Shown here: positions 1 to 9,909 of the stretch, piece after piece
How the letters are laid out: each line of letters opens with the position of its first letter
How positions within the stretch are numbered: the stretch's first letter is position 1
NCBI GenBank assembly: GCA_965215005.1
Contig: CBDCCZ010000003.1
Location: 128,001-192,000, forward strand
DNA: 64,000 nt
Direction of reading: 5' to 3'
Origin: Kofleriaceae bacterium
GTDB lineage: Bacteria > Myxococcota_A > Polyangia > Haliangiales > Haliangiaceae
Position numbers and translations under genes: made by a program
The notes under the pieces: generated by a model
What the model saw: the letters and a program-made list of their open reading frames with translations, nothing else
The model's database searches: none
What the model was told of the DNA's origin: nothing

Positions 1-1880
1 ACCTTCGCCCGCAGACCTGCACCCGCCTTCGCCGCGCCGTCCACCCGCACCTTTGCTCCAGTCCTCACCGCCGGCGCCTTCACCTTCAGCTTGCCCCGCA
101 CATCCGGCGCCTTCACGTCGAGCTTCCCGCGAACTTTGGGCCCCTTGACCTTCGCGTCGACCTTGGCATTCATGCGCGCATTGAGCCCCCCACGCACGTC
201 AGGAACGGCAACCCTGCCCCCGCCGCCTCCACGCGCGTTGATACCCGCTCCACCCACGCCAAACACCGCGCCGCCGATCCTCACCCCCGAAGCTACTCGC
301 ATTCGCGCCTTCACCCGCGGCCGCGCCACACCGATGCGCACCACCGGTGGCCGCGGCACCGCAGCGTCAACCGCGAACACCGGCCGCAGCGGCGCCTTTA
401 CTTTTACTCCAGCCAGAATCCTGGCCTTCGGCGCTTTTGCCCGTGCGTACCAGTTTGCGCGAACCCGCGCCGGCGCGACCTTCACCGAGCCGTACCAATT
501 GGCCTCCGGCGCCACCAATCGGACCTTCCGACGATGATCCCGCACCACTACCGTAGGCGGACGGTACACCGTTACCCCAACCCGTTCATTCACTCGCGCC
601 GCCGGAATCGCGCGCAGTTGAGTCTTCAAGTAGAACGGTGCCACCACCTGACCATGCGCCGCAACCTGCACTCGTCCCATCGGATGATGACGCCAATACG
701 ATACTCGCATCGGCGCCACGTGCCCATGAACCACCCCATGCAGCTTCTTCTGATACAGGATTGTTCCATGCACCTCGGGTGCGGCCGCAACATAGATTGG
801 CTGCACCTCGAGCGGATGCCGAACATACAACTCCCCCGTGATGTACGCCCGCGATAGCATCGCGTACGTCAGCGCCTCGAGCCGCAGCGACGCCAAGTAG
901 GATGCCTCGATCGTTGCACCCAAGTCCGGCGCCATCGCAGCGTAGGCCTTCACATCGCCCGAGTCTGCATAAACCTCCGCCTGCGCGTCCGCCTCGACCA
1001 CTGCAGTGTTCAGTACTTCGAAATCCCCGTACGCCCCGTCTATCTCCGCTTGTAGCTCGCCAATTGCCTCCACTTGCGCTTGCGCCACCGCCGCCGGCTC
1101 CACCGCAGCCTCGGCTCCATCACGCCACGCGCCCCAGCCATCCACGGCGAACGCCGCCGGCGCAGCCACGCTGCCCTCCGCGCTCAGCTCCACCGCCTCA
1201 CCCCCGCTCACCGTCACCGTGTTGCCCAGATCCGCCAGGCCGTTCACCGCGACCTCGCCCTCTTCTACCCCAACTCGCGCCGCCCCCGTCGCCGCCACCC
1301 CAACCGTGTACGTCGTTCCCTTGGTGCCAACGACTCCAGCCGGAGTGAACACCAAGAACGCTCCTTCGCCCTCCGCACGCGGCGACACGCTAAACCGCGC
1401 CAATCCGTACAGCACCGCCACCTGAGACGCTGGTGCCGCCTGCGCGTCGCGATCGCCAATTGCGATCGCCGACTCCTCCGCCAGCTCGATCACCGTCTCG
1501 TCGGCCAGCATTACCGTCGCGCTCGACTCCGGGCCAGTCCGCAATTGATCCCCTGCCCCGAGCACCACCTCACCACTTGCGTCCGCAAACGTTTCCTCGC
1601 CCAAACGCCGCAGCTCGAGCGAGCCGCTGGTACTCTTCACTGCCGCTTCGACACCTGCTTTGGGATCGGCCTGCCACGGGCCTGGCTGCACACCGATTTC
1701 CTCGGCGAGCTTGTCGGCATCCACCGTGGGCGCCGCTTGCGCCAAGGGAGCATCGTCGGCGTTCACCTCAGTCGCCACTTCTTGCTCGCCCGACTCCACG
1801 ACCTCATCGCCCTTGCACCCGACGACGCCGGCGAGAAGCGCCGCGAAGCAAACCTGAATTCTCCAATGGGATGTGCACAT
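1..1880 (-). CDS. Lipoprotein with FecR-like domain and long basic, low-complexity C-terminal tail (3' end lies outside the window)
   Basis: Absent from the ORF track because no stop is in the window. Hand translation from ATG 1880 (AGGAAAGGGG upstream) gives MCTSHWRIQVCFAALLAGVVGC (lipobox), then GDQLRTGPESSATVMLADETVIELAEES...VFTPAGVVGTKGTTYTV (FecR-like), then a K/V/G/A/P-rich tail still in frame at position 1. Confidence 0.8.
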   Translation of the reverse strand, partial: MCTSHWRIQVCFAALLAGVVGCKGDEVVESGEQEVATEVNADDAPLAQAAPTVDADKLAEEIGVQPGPWQADPKAGVEAAVKSTSGSLELRRLGEETFADASGEVVLGAGDQLRTGPESSATVMLADETVIELAEESAIAIGDRDAQAAPASQVAVLYGLARFSVSPRAEGEGAFLVFTPAGVVGTKGTTYTVGVAATGAARVGVEEGEVAVNGLADLGNTVTVSGGEAVELSAEGSVAAPAAFAVDGWGAWRDGAEAAVEPAAVAQAQVEAIGELQAEIDGAYGDFEVLNTAVVEADAQAEVYADSGDVKAYAAMAPDLGATIEASYLASLRLEALTYAMLSRAYITGELYVRHPLEVQPIYVAAAPEVHGTILYQKKLHGVVHGHVAPMRVSYWRHHPMGRVQVAAHGQVVAPFYLKTQLRAIPAARVNERVGVTVYRPPTVVVRDHRRKVRLVAPEANWYGSVKVAPARVRANWYARAKAPKARILAGVKVKAPLRPVFAVDAAVPRPPVVRIGVARPRVKARMRVASGVRIGGAVFGVGGAGINARGGGGGRVAVPDVRGGLNARMNAKVDAKVKGPKVRGKLDVKAPDVRGKLKVKAPAVRTGAKVRVDGAAKAGAGLRAK

Positions 1881-1939
1881 AGCCGTTCCCCTTTCCTGCT
1901 GCTCAGTATCTGCGCCGTGCAGCCTCCGCGAAAGGGAGG

Positions 1940-1954
1940 GCATGTATGCAGCCA
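1940..1954 (-). promoter_or_regulatory. Possible sigma54 -24/-12 promoter
   Basis: TGGCTGCATACATGC (GG-N10-GC) about 60 bp upstream of the ATG at 1880. Confidence 0.35.
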
Positions 1955-1963
1955 GAGCTAGCG

Positions 1964-2106
1964 GTAGCGGCTCACGACGGACGCTACAAACCAAAAATCG
2001 CTTGCGGGAGACGCCGAAGGGGGCGCGTGAGTAGCAGAAATCTGCCGACCTTGCCCCGCATCGGGGCGACGGATTTCTGCGTCATCAATCCCGCGGCGGC
2101 GTACTA
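1964..2106 (-). repeat. 150-bp palindromic element, copy 1 (inverted, short deletion in the terminal hairpin)
   Basis: Reverse complement TAGTACGCCGCCGCGGGATTGATGACGCAGAAATCCGTCGCCCCGATGCGGGGCAAGG... matches the copies at 15822, 57473 and 60543. Confidence 0.92.
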
Positions 2107-2156
2107 AAGCGCCTACTGCCTTACGCCATGCCACACAGCGACCAGCAGTACTCTCG

Positions 2157-2726
2157 TCAGCTCTCGTTCAACGCGCGACGCACGAGCTCTGCTGCACGCT
2201 CCTGCAGCGGCAGGCGCAGCGCTTCGGCGTGTGCGCGCTCGCTCATCTTGCGCCACGTCTTACGCACGATTGCCACCACTTTCTCGCTCGGGTGCTTTGC
2301 TGCAAAGTCCGCAAAGTAGTGCTCGAGGAAGACCAAGCAAGCAACATCTTCTAGCGTCTGCACCTCGTCATCGGTGCCGAGCCCCGTCTTGGTGAGAAGC
2401 TGCCCCACCCGCACCGCCATGGTCTCTTCGTAGCCTTCTTCGCGGACGATGTTGCCGGCAAGACTCGCGTGCATTCGCGCCAGCTCCGCGCGCCAATGCT
2501 TGTAGCCTACTCGGCCTTCGGGATAGGCGGAGCGGGAAATCTTCCAGCGGCAGAGGTGGTGGGCTCGTGCCGCCAGCTGCAGCGCTTGGGAGGCTCGGGG
2601 TGCAAACGATGCCAGTCGCGCACTCATGCGCTCGGCGTAAAGCAGCTCCTTGCCCACCGGGTCCTCGGCGTTGGCGGCATCGAACCGCGCAAAAGTCCGC
2701 TGCAGCCGCGTATCGCTCTCACTCAT
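2157..2726 (-). CDS. DUF4202 family protein
   Basis: FDAANAEDP...ELLYAERMS...LAARAHHLCRW...YPEGRVGY..WR...QTLEDVACLVFLEHYF...KTWRKMS; start taken at MSESD. Confidence 0.85.
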   Translation of the reverse strand: MSESDTRLQRTFARFDAANAEDPVGKELLYAERMSARLASFAPRASQALQLAARAHHLCRWKISRSAYPEGRVGYKHWRAELARMHASLAGNIVREEGYEETMAVRVGQLLTKTGLGTDDEVQTLEDVACLVFLEHYFADFAAKHPSEKVVAIVRKTWRKMSERAHAEALRLPLQERAAELVRRALNES

Positions 2727-2764
2727 GGCATTTCCTCTCGGCAATCGTGTCGCATACTCGGCGC

Positions 2765-3211
2765 GTGCGCCCGCGTCTACCACCACCGCCTCGACGACTC
2801 CGCGTCATCGGCTTCGACGACGGCCCCTTCGAGCGCCGGACCGGAGCACCCGTTCCGCTTGCTGGCGTGGTGTGCGCAAACACCCGTTTCAACCTCATCG
2901 ACCTGCCGCACGTCGCCGCGACCTGCGAGCGCCCCTGCGTTGCAGTCATGCGCCGGGTTCCCAACGTTGCCGCAATGCGAAACGCGATTGCGCAGCTTCC
3001 CAACGCACCCGAGCGCTACGAGCTCCTCGAGCGCGCCGGACCGATTCACCAGCGCGGTGGATTCGTCTTTCAAGCTGCCGGCGTTGCCGTCAACGACGCC
3101 GCCGAGGCGCTCGCGCGGCTCACCGATACCGGTGGCGTGCCGGAGGCGCTGCGCATCGCGCACTTGATCGGCTCCGCCATCGTCTTGGGAGAAAGCCGCG
3201 GACGCGCCTAA
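2765..3211 (+). pseudogene. DUF99 family (endonuclease V-like) gene with apparent in-frame internal deletion
   Basis: N-terminal RVIGFDDGPF and C-terminal PEALRIAHLIGSAIVLGESRGRA are present, but GVVCANTRF joins directly to NLIDLP; only about 148 aa. Confidence 0.65.
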
Positions 3212-3219
3212 CATACATT

Positions 3220-4614
3220 TTAACCCGCCTCTTGTGCCTTGACGATTTCGAGGATGGCGCTCTTCGCATCGCCAAACAACATCAAGGTGTTGGGCGCGGC
3301 GAAAAGTGGGTTGGGAATGCCGGCAAAGCCGGGACTGAGTGAGCGTTTGATGACAACCACCGTTTGTGCCTTGTCGACATCGATGATCGGCATTCCGGCA
3401 ATGGGGCTCGTAGGATCCTCGCGAGCTGCGGGATTGACGACATCGTTGGCACCAAGCACGATCGCAACATCGACCTGCGCGAAGGTGGGGTTGATGTCCT
3501 CCATCTCGATGAGTCGCTCATACGGGACATCCGCCTCCGCCAGGAGCACGTTCATGTGCCCCGGCATCCGTCCCGCCACCGGATGAATTGCAAACTCGAC
3601 CTCCACACCGCGCGCGGTGAGCGCATTCATCAAGTCCCGCACCGCGTGCTGTGCCTGCGCCACCGCCATGCCGTATCCGGGGACGAACACCACCCGCTGG
3701 GCACCTTCCAAGATCAGCGCAACCTCGTCGGAGGTGGTCGACTTGACCTTGCCTGCATAGACATCATCAGCGCTGGGTCCGTCACTGCTGACGTCGCCGA
3801 GCGCAAACAAGACGTTGGTGAGCGAGCGATTCATCGCTTTGCACATGATGGAGGTGAGAATCAGCCCCGAAGCGCCAACCAGCGACCCAGAAATGATGAG
3901 CGCGGTGTTCATCAGCGCGAACCCGGCGGCGGCGGCCGCCAGCCCCGAGTACGAGTTGAGGAGCGCGATGACCACCGGCATATCGGCGCCACCGATGGGC
4001 GCGACCAACGTCACTCCGAGCACCGCGGACACCACGACCAACGCCCAGAACAACGCCAGCGACGGCGCGCTCACCATGGCAACGCACAATGCAATTGCCG
4101 CTAGCGCCAAGACTGCATTCAATACGCGCAGCGCCGAAGATCGCACGGCGCCGCCACCTACCAGCTCTTGAAGCTTGGCGAACGCGAGCACGCTGCCGGT
4201 GAACGTGACGGTGCCGATGAGTGCTGCGAGCGCGATCGTTATCGACTCCGCAGCGTGATCTCCGACCGCCATCCGTGCGAACGCCGGCGCAGCAACCACG
4301 TACTGCGACGCGGCAACGAGCGCCGAGGCAATGCCACCAAAGCCATTGAAGACCGCCACCAGCTGCGGCATTGCGGTCATCTGGACGCGCACAGCAAGCA
4401 CCAGCCCGAGGGCTGTGCCCAATGCCAGACCTATCGCCAAGCTCCCGTAGCCGAGAATCCGCTGATCCACCAACACGGCGAGCACCGCCAACAACATGCC
4501 GATGCCGGCAATGATGTTGCCCCGGGGTGCGGTTCGCGGGTGCGATAGTCCCTTGAGGCCGACGATGAACATGATCGCCGAAACCAGATATGCCAGCTGA
4601 ATCGCGGCGCTCAT
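3220..4614 (-). CDS. pntB: NAD(P) transhydrogenase subunit beta
   Basis: MTAMPQLVA, IGGADMPVVIALLNSYSG, VPGYGMAVAQAQH and HPVAGRMPGHMNVLLAEA motifs. Confidence 0.98.
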   Translation of the reverse strand: MSAAIQLAYLVSAIMFIVGLKGLSHPRTAPRGNIIAGIGMLLAVLAVLVDQRILGYGSLAIGLALGTALGLVLAVRVQMTAMPQLVAVFNGFGGIASALVAASQYVVAAPAFARMAVGDHAAESITIALAALIGTVTFTGSVLAFAKLQELVGGGAVRSSALRVLNAVLALAAIALCVAMVSAPSLALFWALVVVSAVLGVTLVAPIGGADMPVVIALLNSYSGLAAAAAGFALMNTALIISGSLVGASGLILTSIMCKAMNRSLTNVLFALGDVSSDGPSADDVYAGKVKSTTSDEVALILEGAQRVVFVPGYGMAVAQAQHAVRDLMNALTARGVEVEFAIHPVAGRMPGHMNVLLAEADVPYERLIEMEDINPTFAQVDVAIVLGANDVVNPAAREDPTSPIAGMPIIDVDKAQTVVVIKRSLSPGFAGIPNPLFAAPNTLMLFGDAKSAILEIVKAQEAG

Positions 4615-4889
4615 CGCTTATCCTTTCGAGCGAACATCTCCAGCATGCGGTGAGTGACCACGAAGCCGCCGACCACGTTGGTGGTTGCGAGTGCCACGGC
4701 AGCTACCCCAAGAGCAGTTGCCAGCGGCCCGGCTTCGGCGCCGGCCGCGAGTAGCGCGCCCACCACCGTGATGCCGCTGATCGCATTGGAGCCGCTCATG
4801 AGGGGCGTATGCAGCGTACGTGGGACCTTGCCGATGATCTCGATGCCGACGAAGATCGCGAGAACGAAAACGGTGATGAGGATGATCAT
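4611..4889 (-). CDS. pntAb: NAD(P) transhydrogenase subunit alpha, part 2
   Basis: VPRTLHTPLMSGSNAISG and NVVGGFVVTHRMLEMF; ATGA overlaps with both neighbours. Confidence 0.95.
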   Translation of the reverse strand: MIILITVFVLAIFVGIEIIGKVPRTLHTPLMSGSNAISGITVVGALLAAGAEAGPLATALGVAAVALATTNVVGGFVVTHRMLEMFARKDKR

Positions 4890-6052
4890 GCCGCAGATTC
4901 CTCCAAACCCAGACTCTGGCGCAGGCGCGAATGCACCACTTGACCATCTCGGCACATCAATGTGCCCAAGGTGATTTCATCGCTGGTGTCGATTACGAGC
5001 TGGCCCTCTTTGACCAAGTGGGCGAGAAACGTTGCCACGTTGCGCGAGAACATCTGGCTCGCATGAAACGGCAGTTGACTGGGCAAATTGACCGGACCTA
5101 GCACCGTCACGCCATGCCGCTCAACCTCGACACCGGCTTGCGTGGCCTCGCAGTTGCCGCCGCGCTCTGCGGCCAAATCGACGATGACCGACCCCGGGCG
5201 CATGGTCGCCAGCATCTCATCGGTGACCAAAACCGGCGCCTTGCGACCCGGAATTGCAGCCGTGGTCACGACGACGTCGCTATCGCCAACCACGCGCGCC
5301 ATGAGCTCGCGCTGGCGGCGATAGAACTCCTCACCCTGCGGGCGCGCGTAGCCGCCCTCGCCGCTGGCGCCGCCGGTGTCGAGCTCGATGTCGACGAACT
5401 TGCCGCCCACGCTCTTGACCTGCTCGGCGACCTCGGGCCGCACGTCGTAACCACTCACCACCGCTCCCAGGCGCTTTGCCGTGGCGATGGCTTGTAGTCC
5501 AGCGACGCCGGCACCAATGACGAACACCTTGGCCGCTTTCAACGTGCCGGCAGCGGTCATGAACATCGGAAAACATCGCGGCAGATTGTCGGCGGCGAGC
5601 AGCATCGCCTTGTAACCGGCGAGCATCGCCATCGACGACAGCACGTCCATGCTCTGCGCGCGGGTGATGCGGGGGATCAACTCGAGGCCAAACGCGGTGA
5701 CACCGGCGCGAGCCATTTCCGCCACTCGCTCTGGCGCCGACAACGGATTGGCCAGCCCCAGCACCACTTTATTGGTGCCAAGCTCGCGGAGCGCCTCGGG
5801 CGCGAGAGCCTCATCGGCAGCAAAGGTGTTCACCTGCGCGACGATCGCGGCGCGGTCGAAAACCGCCCCACGGCTCGCTGTGACCTCGGCACCGGCCTCG
5901 GCGTACGCGCTATCTGGGTAGCCCGCCGCGACGCCTGCGCCGCCCTCGATCATCACGCTCAGACCCACTCGCTGCAGCGGGCGCACCGAATCTGGCGTGA
6001 TCGCCACTCGCCGCTCCCCGGGCATGGTCTCTTTGACGACACCAACGATCAT
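4886..6052 (-). CDS. pntAa: NAD(P) transhydrogenase subunit alpha, part 1
   Basis: ERRVAITP, PRITRAQSMDVLSS, GAGVAGLQAIATAKRLGA and GSVIVDLAAERGGNCE motifs. Confidence 0.97.
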   Translation of the reverse strand: MIVGVVKETMPGERRVAITPDSVRPLQRVGLSVMIEGGAGVAAGYPDSAYAEAGAEVTASRGAVFDRAAIVAQVNTFAADEALAPEALRELGTNKVVLGLANPLSAPERVAEMARAGVTAFGLELIPRITRAQSMDVLSSMAMLAGYKAMLLAADNLPRCFPMFMTAAGTLKAAKVFVIGAGVAGLQAIATAKRLGAVVSGYDVRPEVAEQVKSVGGKFVDIELDTGGASGEGGYARPQGEEFYRRQRELMARVVGDSDVVVTTAAIPGRKAPVLVTDEMLATMRPGSVIVDLAAERGGNCEATQAGVEVERHGVTVLGPVNLPSQLPFHASQMFSRNVATFLAHLVKEGQLVIDTSDEITLGTLMCRDGQVVHSRLRQSLGLEESAA

Positions 6053-6241
6053 GCAAACCTCCCTTGCAGCGTCGCGCCAAGCAGAGCACGTAAACGCGCT
6101 CTACGGCGCGTGCCATCGTTCGACCGCACCCAGCCAGATTACCAGACTGAGGCGGCTCGAAGAGGGATACGCGGTAAGCGATCGAGAGGTTCCGCCAGCA
6201 AAGCTCGGCGGGAGCACAAACGGTGGCTGCCTTGATGGTGC

Positions 6242-7471
6242 TCAGCGGCCGACGATGAACACGCAGCTGGTGGTCCCACTACCGCCGATGTTCAGTGTGG
6301 CAATCTTGCTGGCACCGTCGATCTGATAGTTACCGGCTTCGCCCATCACCTGCTTGTGAGCATCGAGCAGCTGGCGCACACCGGTGGCGCCCACTGGATG
6401 GCCGGCGCCGATGAGCCCGCCCGAGGCGTTGATCGGCAGTCTGCCGTCGAAGTCGATCACGCCGTCCTCGATGGCCTTCCACGACTCTCCTGGGGCCGTG
6501 ATGCCGAAGTGATCAATGGCCATGTATTCCGAGGTCGTGAAGCAGTCATGCGTCTCGATTCCCGAAAGCTCCCAGACCTCGCGCACGGATGCGCGCTCGA
6601 AGGCATCGGTGATCGCCCGCCGGGTATGCGGCAAGATGTACGGCGCGTCTTTGCTTTGCGCGACCTTGTCGGCAAACGCAATGGGCGCTGTCGCGTGTCC
6701 CCAGCCGAGGATTCGCGGGATGGCTCCGAGCTTGAGGCCGCGCCGCTCGGCATACGCGGATGCGAACGCCTCAGAAGCCAACACCACGCCCACCGCACCA
6801 TCCGTTACTTGCGAACAATCGGTGATCTTGATGCGACCGCCAATCAAGCTGTTGTAGCTACTCGGGCACCGGGCGTGGTCCTCATTCATGAACCACGTGC
6901 GCGTTTGTGCCTTGGGATTTCTCTTTGCGTTGGCGTAATTGATCGCCGAGATGCGCGCCAAGTGCGCATCATCGAGCCCATACCGCTTGTCATACTCGTC
7001 GCCGAGCTTGCCAAACAGCTTGGGAAACGGAAACTCGATACCGTCGGCTTCGAGCTCGTACCAGGCCGCCGTTCCGAGGTAGTCACCACCGACGGCAGCG
7101 CCAACGGTTTTCATCTGCTCGACGCCCACCACCAACGAGCAATCGTAGCGTCCCGCTTCGATTTCCGCGGAAGCGGCCAAGAGCGCAATCGAGCCCGACG
7201 CACACGCCGCTTCGTGCCGCCCCGTGGGCATACCCGCGAAGGCCGGATCGGCCTCGACGAGGAATGCCCCGAGATGACCCTGCATCGCGTAGAGCTCAGC
7301 GGCGAAGTTACCCACGTGGCCAACCTCGAGGTCCTTGGGCTCGACCGCGGTAGCCTCTAACGTGCCAACCACGGCCTCGCGGATGAGAGCGGAGATATGC
7401 TTGCCCTCTTTCGTCCAGTTGCGAGCGAAGTCGGTTTGATATCCACCGAGGATGTAGACGGGTGCCGTCAT
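6242..7471 (-). CDS. Acetyl-CoA acetyltransferase (thiolase, SCP2/HDCF type)
   Basis: [14 protein letters not shown] and [14 protein letters not shown] motifs. Confidence 0.93.
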   Translation of the reverse strand: MTAPVYILGGYQTDFARNWTKEGKHISALIREAVVGTLEATAVEPKDLEVGHVGNFAAELYAMQGHLGAFLVEADPAFAGMPTGRHEAACASGSIALLAASAEIEAGRYDCSLVVGVEQMKTVGAAVGGDYLGTAAWYELEADGIEFPFPKLFGKLGDEYDKRYGLDDAHLARISAINYANAKRNPKAQTRTWFMNEDHARCPSSYNSLIGGRIKITDCSQVTDGAVGVVLASEAFASAYAERRGLKLGAIPRILGWGHATAPIAFADKVAQSKDAPYILPHTRRAITDAFERASVREVWELSGIETHDCFTTSEYMAIDHFGITAPGESWKAIEDGVIDFDGRLPINASGGLIGAGHPVGATGVRQLLDAHKQVMGEAGNYQIDGASKIATLNIGGSGTTSCVFIVGR

Positions 7472-7481
7472 GGAAGTCTCC

Positions 7482-8792
7482 CTACTTGGCGTAGAAGAAT
7501 CGGCCTAAATCGACATTTGGCTCGCGCCAGAGCCGGGTGTCTTCGGTAGCCGCGGCAGCGACGGCAGCCGGCACTTCGAGCCGGGCCGCCTTTAGCAGCG
7601 CGAGCACTCGCTTGGCGCCGATGACGTCGACGAGCACGCTCGGCGGCGCCCAATTGAACCCAAAGCCCATGATCCGATCGACGTCGCGCGGCGCCTGCAC
7701 AACCTCGCCCACGCGACACAGGCCATATGAGATGTATCCGAGGATCACGTTCCGCATCAGCTCGGCTTCGGGCCCTCGCGCCTCGGCGAAGATATCCATC
7801 GCGCGGTGATAGCGACCGACCCGGTGCTCCCGCTTCATGCGCGTGACGAATGCCGGCGGCTCGACCAGCATTTCCGCCGCGGGACGATAATCACCGCTGG
7901 CCGGGTCGAGCACGAACCGCGCGGCATCGGCTCCCTTGCCTTCTTTGCGATAGAACCCTCCCTGCTTGGGAGTCTTCTTGCCTAGATGACCTGCCGCAAT
8001 CAGCCGAGCCATGTAGTCTGGCAGCGAAAACGCGCCATGCGCCTCATCACTCGTATGTTGATACACATTGTCGACAATCGCCTGATGAACGTCCCAACCG
8101 ACAAAGTCGATGGTGAGCAAGGGCGGCATGGCCCGCCCCGTGTGCGGCCCGATGAGCATGTCCATGAACGCCACGCCGTGCTCCTGGGCGAGCTGCGCCA
8201 CTTCATTGAGCACCTTGAAGCCAACCCGATTGCCGGCAAACGCGGGGGTATCGGCGGTGCGAACGACCTCTCGCCCGAGGACTCCCTCTAGGAGCTCGAC
8301 GACCTCTGCGACGATGGCCGGATCGGTGGCCGCATGCGGAATGACCTCGCACCCCACGATGACGTTGGGCGGATTGAAGAGATGCATGCCGAGGAAGTGC
8401 GACTGAAAGCTCGTCGATGTTCCCTGCACCATCTGCGCAATCGATAGCCCCGACGATACCGTGGCGACGATCGAGTCGGGCTTGCGAACGGCGTCGATGC
8501 GGGCGAAGAACTCACGCTTGAGCTCGAGTCGCTCGGCAACTGCTTCGAAGATGAGGTCTGCGTTGGCGACCTCGCGCTCGAGATCCTCCGCGTAGGAGCC
8601 CACCGAGATGCAGTGGGCAACGGCCTCGGCCTTGGCTAGCGCCTGCGCGCGCTCCAGCCCTTGTTGCGCCTTGTCTCGGCTGCGCGCCAGGAACACGGTG
8701 GGGATGCCCGCGGCAGCGAAGAGTTCCCCGCTCCCCGCGCCCATTGCGCCGTTTGCTCCTAGCACCACGACTTTGCTGATACGCCGCGCCAT
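7482..8792 (-). CDS. 3-hydroxyacyl-CoA dehydrogenase family protein
   Basis: VLGANGAMG Rossmann motif, [28 protein letters not shown]; directly upstream of the thiolase. Confidence 0.92.
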   Translation of the reverse strand: MARRISKVVVLGANGAMGAGSGELFAAAGIPTVFLARSRDKAQQGLERAQALAKAEAVAHCISVGSYAEDLEREVANADLIFEAVAERLELKREFFARIDAVRKPDSIVATVSSGLSIAQMVQGTSTSFQSHFLGMHLFNPPNVIVGCEVIPHAATDPAIVAEVVELLEGVLGREVVRTADTPAFAGNRVGFKVLNEVAQLAQEHGVAFMDMLIGPHTGRAMPPLLTIDFVGWDVHQAIVDNVYQHTSDEAHGAFSLPDYMARLIAAGHLGKKTPKQGGFYRKEGKGADAARFVLDPASGDYRPAAEMLVEPPAFVTRMKREHRVGRYHRAMDIFAEARGPEAELMRNVILGYISYGLCRVGEVVQAPRDVDRIMGFGFNWAPPSVLVDVIGAKRVLALLKAARLEVPAAVAAAATEDTRLWREPNVDLGRFFYAK

Positions 8793-9061
8793 GATTTTCA
8801 AACTACGGGGCCTGACGCAGAGTGTCACCTGTAAATTTGTTTACTCTTCTCGCCCGCCAGCTGTAAACCGCGTTTGGGCGTTTCAGGAGCGCTTGCAGTG
8901 CCCCGTTTTCGCAGAGCTAATCCCCCAGGACAGCGCACCGGGAGAATTTACGAGAGCGAGCCTCTGCAAATTCGCGTCAGCTCCGGTGCTCCATTTCTGT
9001 AAATCTGTAAACAATGGTCAACGTGGTGTGCCGGAGACCGCGGTCTGCTATCACCGGCAGC

Positions 9062-9868
9062 ATGAAAACACTCACGGTTGCCCTATGCGGGGCCTTGCTA
9101 CTGGTCGCGGGCTGCCAAAAGGCGGGCGGCGACGCCGAGTCGAAGAAACGCGTCGAGGAGCTGAGCGCAAAGGTCGACGAGGTCGACGCTCGCTTGAAGA
9201 AGATCGAAACGATGATTCGCGAAGCGACCGAAGGCCCTGCGGAGCCCGATCCCGCCGCCACCTACGCGGTGCCCATTGAGGGAGATCCGTATCAAGGTGC
9301 CGAGGCCGCCAAGGTCACGGTGGTACAGGGCTTTGAGTTCGCTTGCCCGTTCTGCGCCCGCGTACATCCCACCGTTGCGCAACTGCTGAAGGATTACGAA
9401 GGAGACTTGAAAGTCGTCTCCAAGTACTACGTGGTTCACGATCAGGCAGTGCCAGCGGGATTGGCTGTCTGTGCCGCCGATCTGCAAGGCAAGTACGCCG
9501 AGATGGAGACCGCTATCTGGGAGAAGGCCTTCGCCGAACGCGACCTCAGCAGTGAGAAGCTCGAGAGCTTGGCCAAGAACCTCAAGCTCGACATGAAGAA
9601 GTTCAAAGCCGACATGGAGGGCGAGACCTGCGCAAGCTGGTTGCGAGAAAGCCAGGAAGAGCTTTCCCGCGTCGGCACCCGCGGAACCCCGGCGTTCTAC
9701 ATCAACGGTCGCTACATCTCCGGGGCGCAGCCACTAGAGGCCTTTAAGGCCGTCATCGATGAGGAATTGGCTGAGGCCAACGAAGCGATTGCGGCCGGCA
9801 CCCCGGTGGGGGCGTACTACCAGACTCACGTGCTCGACAAGGGTCTTAAAGAGTTCGCAGCCGAGTAA
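9062..9868 (+). CDS. DsbA/thioredoxin-fold lipoprotein
   Basis: Lipobox LVAGC, FEFACPFC active site, GTPAFYINGR..SGAQP. Confidence 0.92.
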   Translation: MKTLTVALCGALLLVAGCQKAGGDAESKKRVEELSAKVDEVDARLKKIETMIREATEGPAEPDPAATYAVPIEGDPYQGAEAAKVTVVQGFEFACPFCARVHPTVAQLLKDYEGDLKVVSKYYVVHDQAVPAGLAVCAADLQGKYAEMETAIWEKAFAERDLSSEKLESLAKNLKLDMKKFKADMEGETCASWLRESQEELSRVGTRGTPAFYINGRYISGAQPLEAFKAVIDEELAEANEAIAAGTPVGAYYQTHVLDKGLKEFAAE

Positions 9869-9872
9869 GAGA

Positions 9873-9899
9873 GCGCGCCTCGACCGGCTCGGGGCGCGC
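9873..9899. terminator. Hairpin between convergent genes
   Basis: GCGCGCCTCGA-CCGGC-TCGGGGCGCGC inverted repeat between the stops at 9868 and 9910; no U-tract. Confidence 0.4.
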
Positions 9900-9909
9900 C
9901 CTGGGCCGG

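Noticed and set aside
91..1961. Plus-strand ORFs at the window start, and the many other overlapping ORFs in the track
   Set aside because: Antisense or alternative-frame shadows typical of high-GC DNA, with no recognisable motifs.
6060..6120. Sigma54 promoter upstream of pntAa
   Set aside because: TGGC boxes are present, but the GG-to-GC spacing or the -12 box does not fit.
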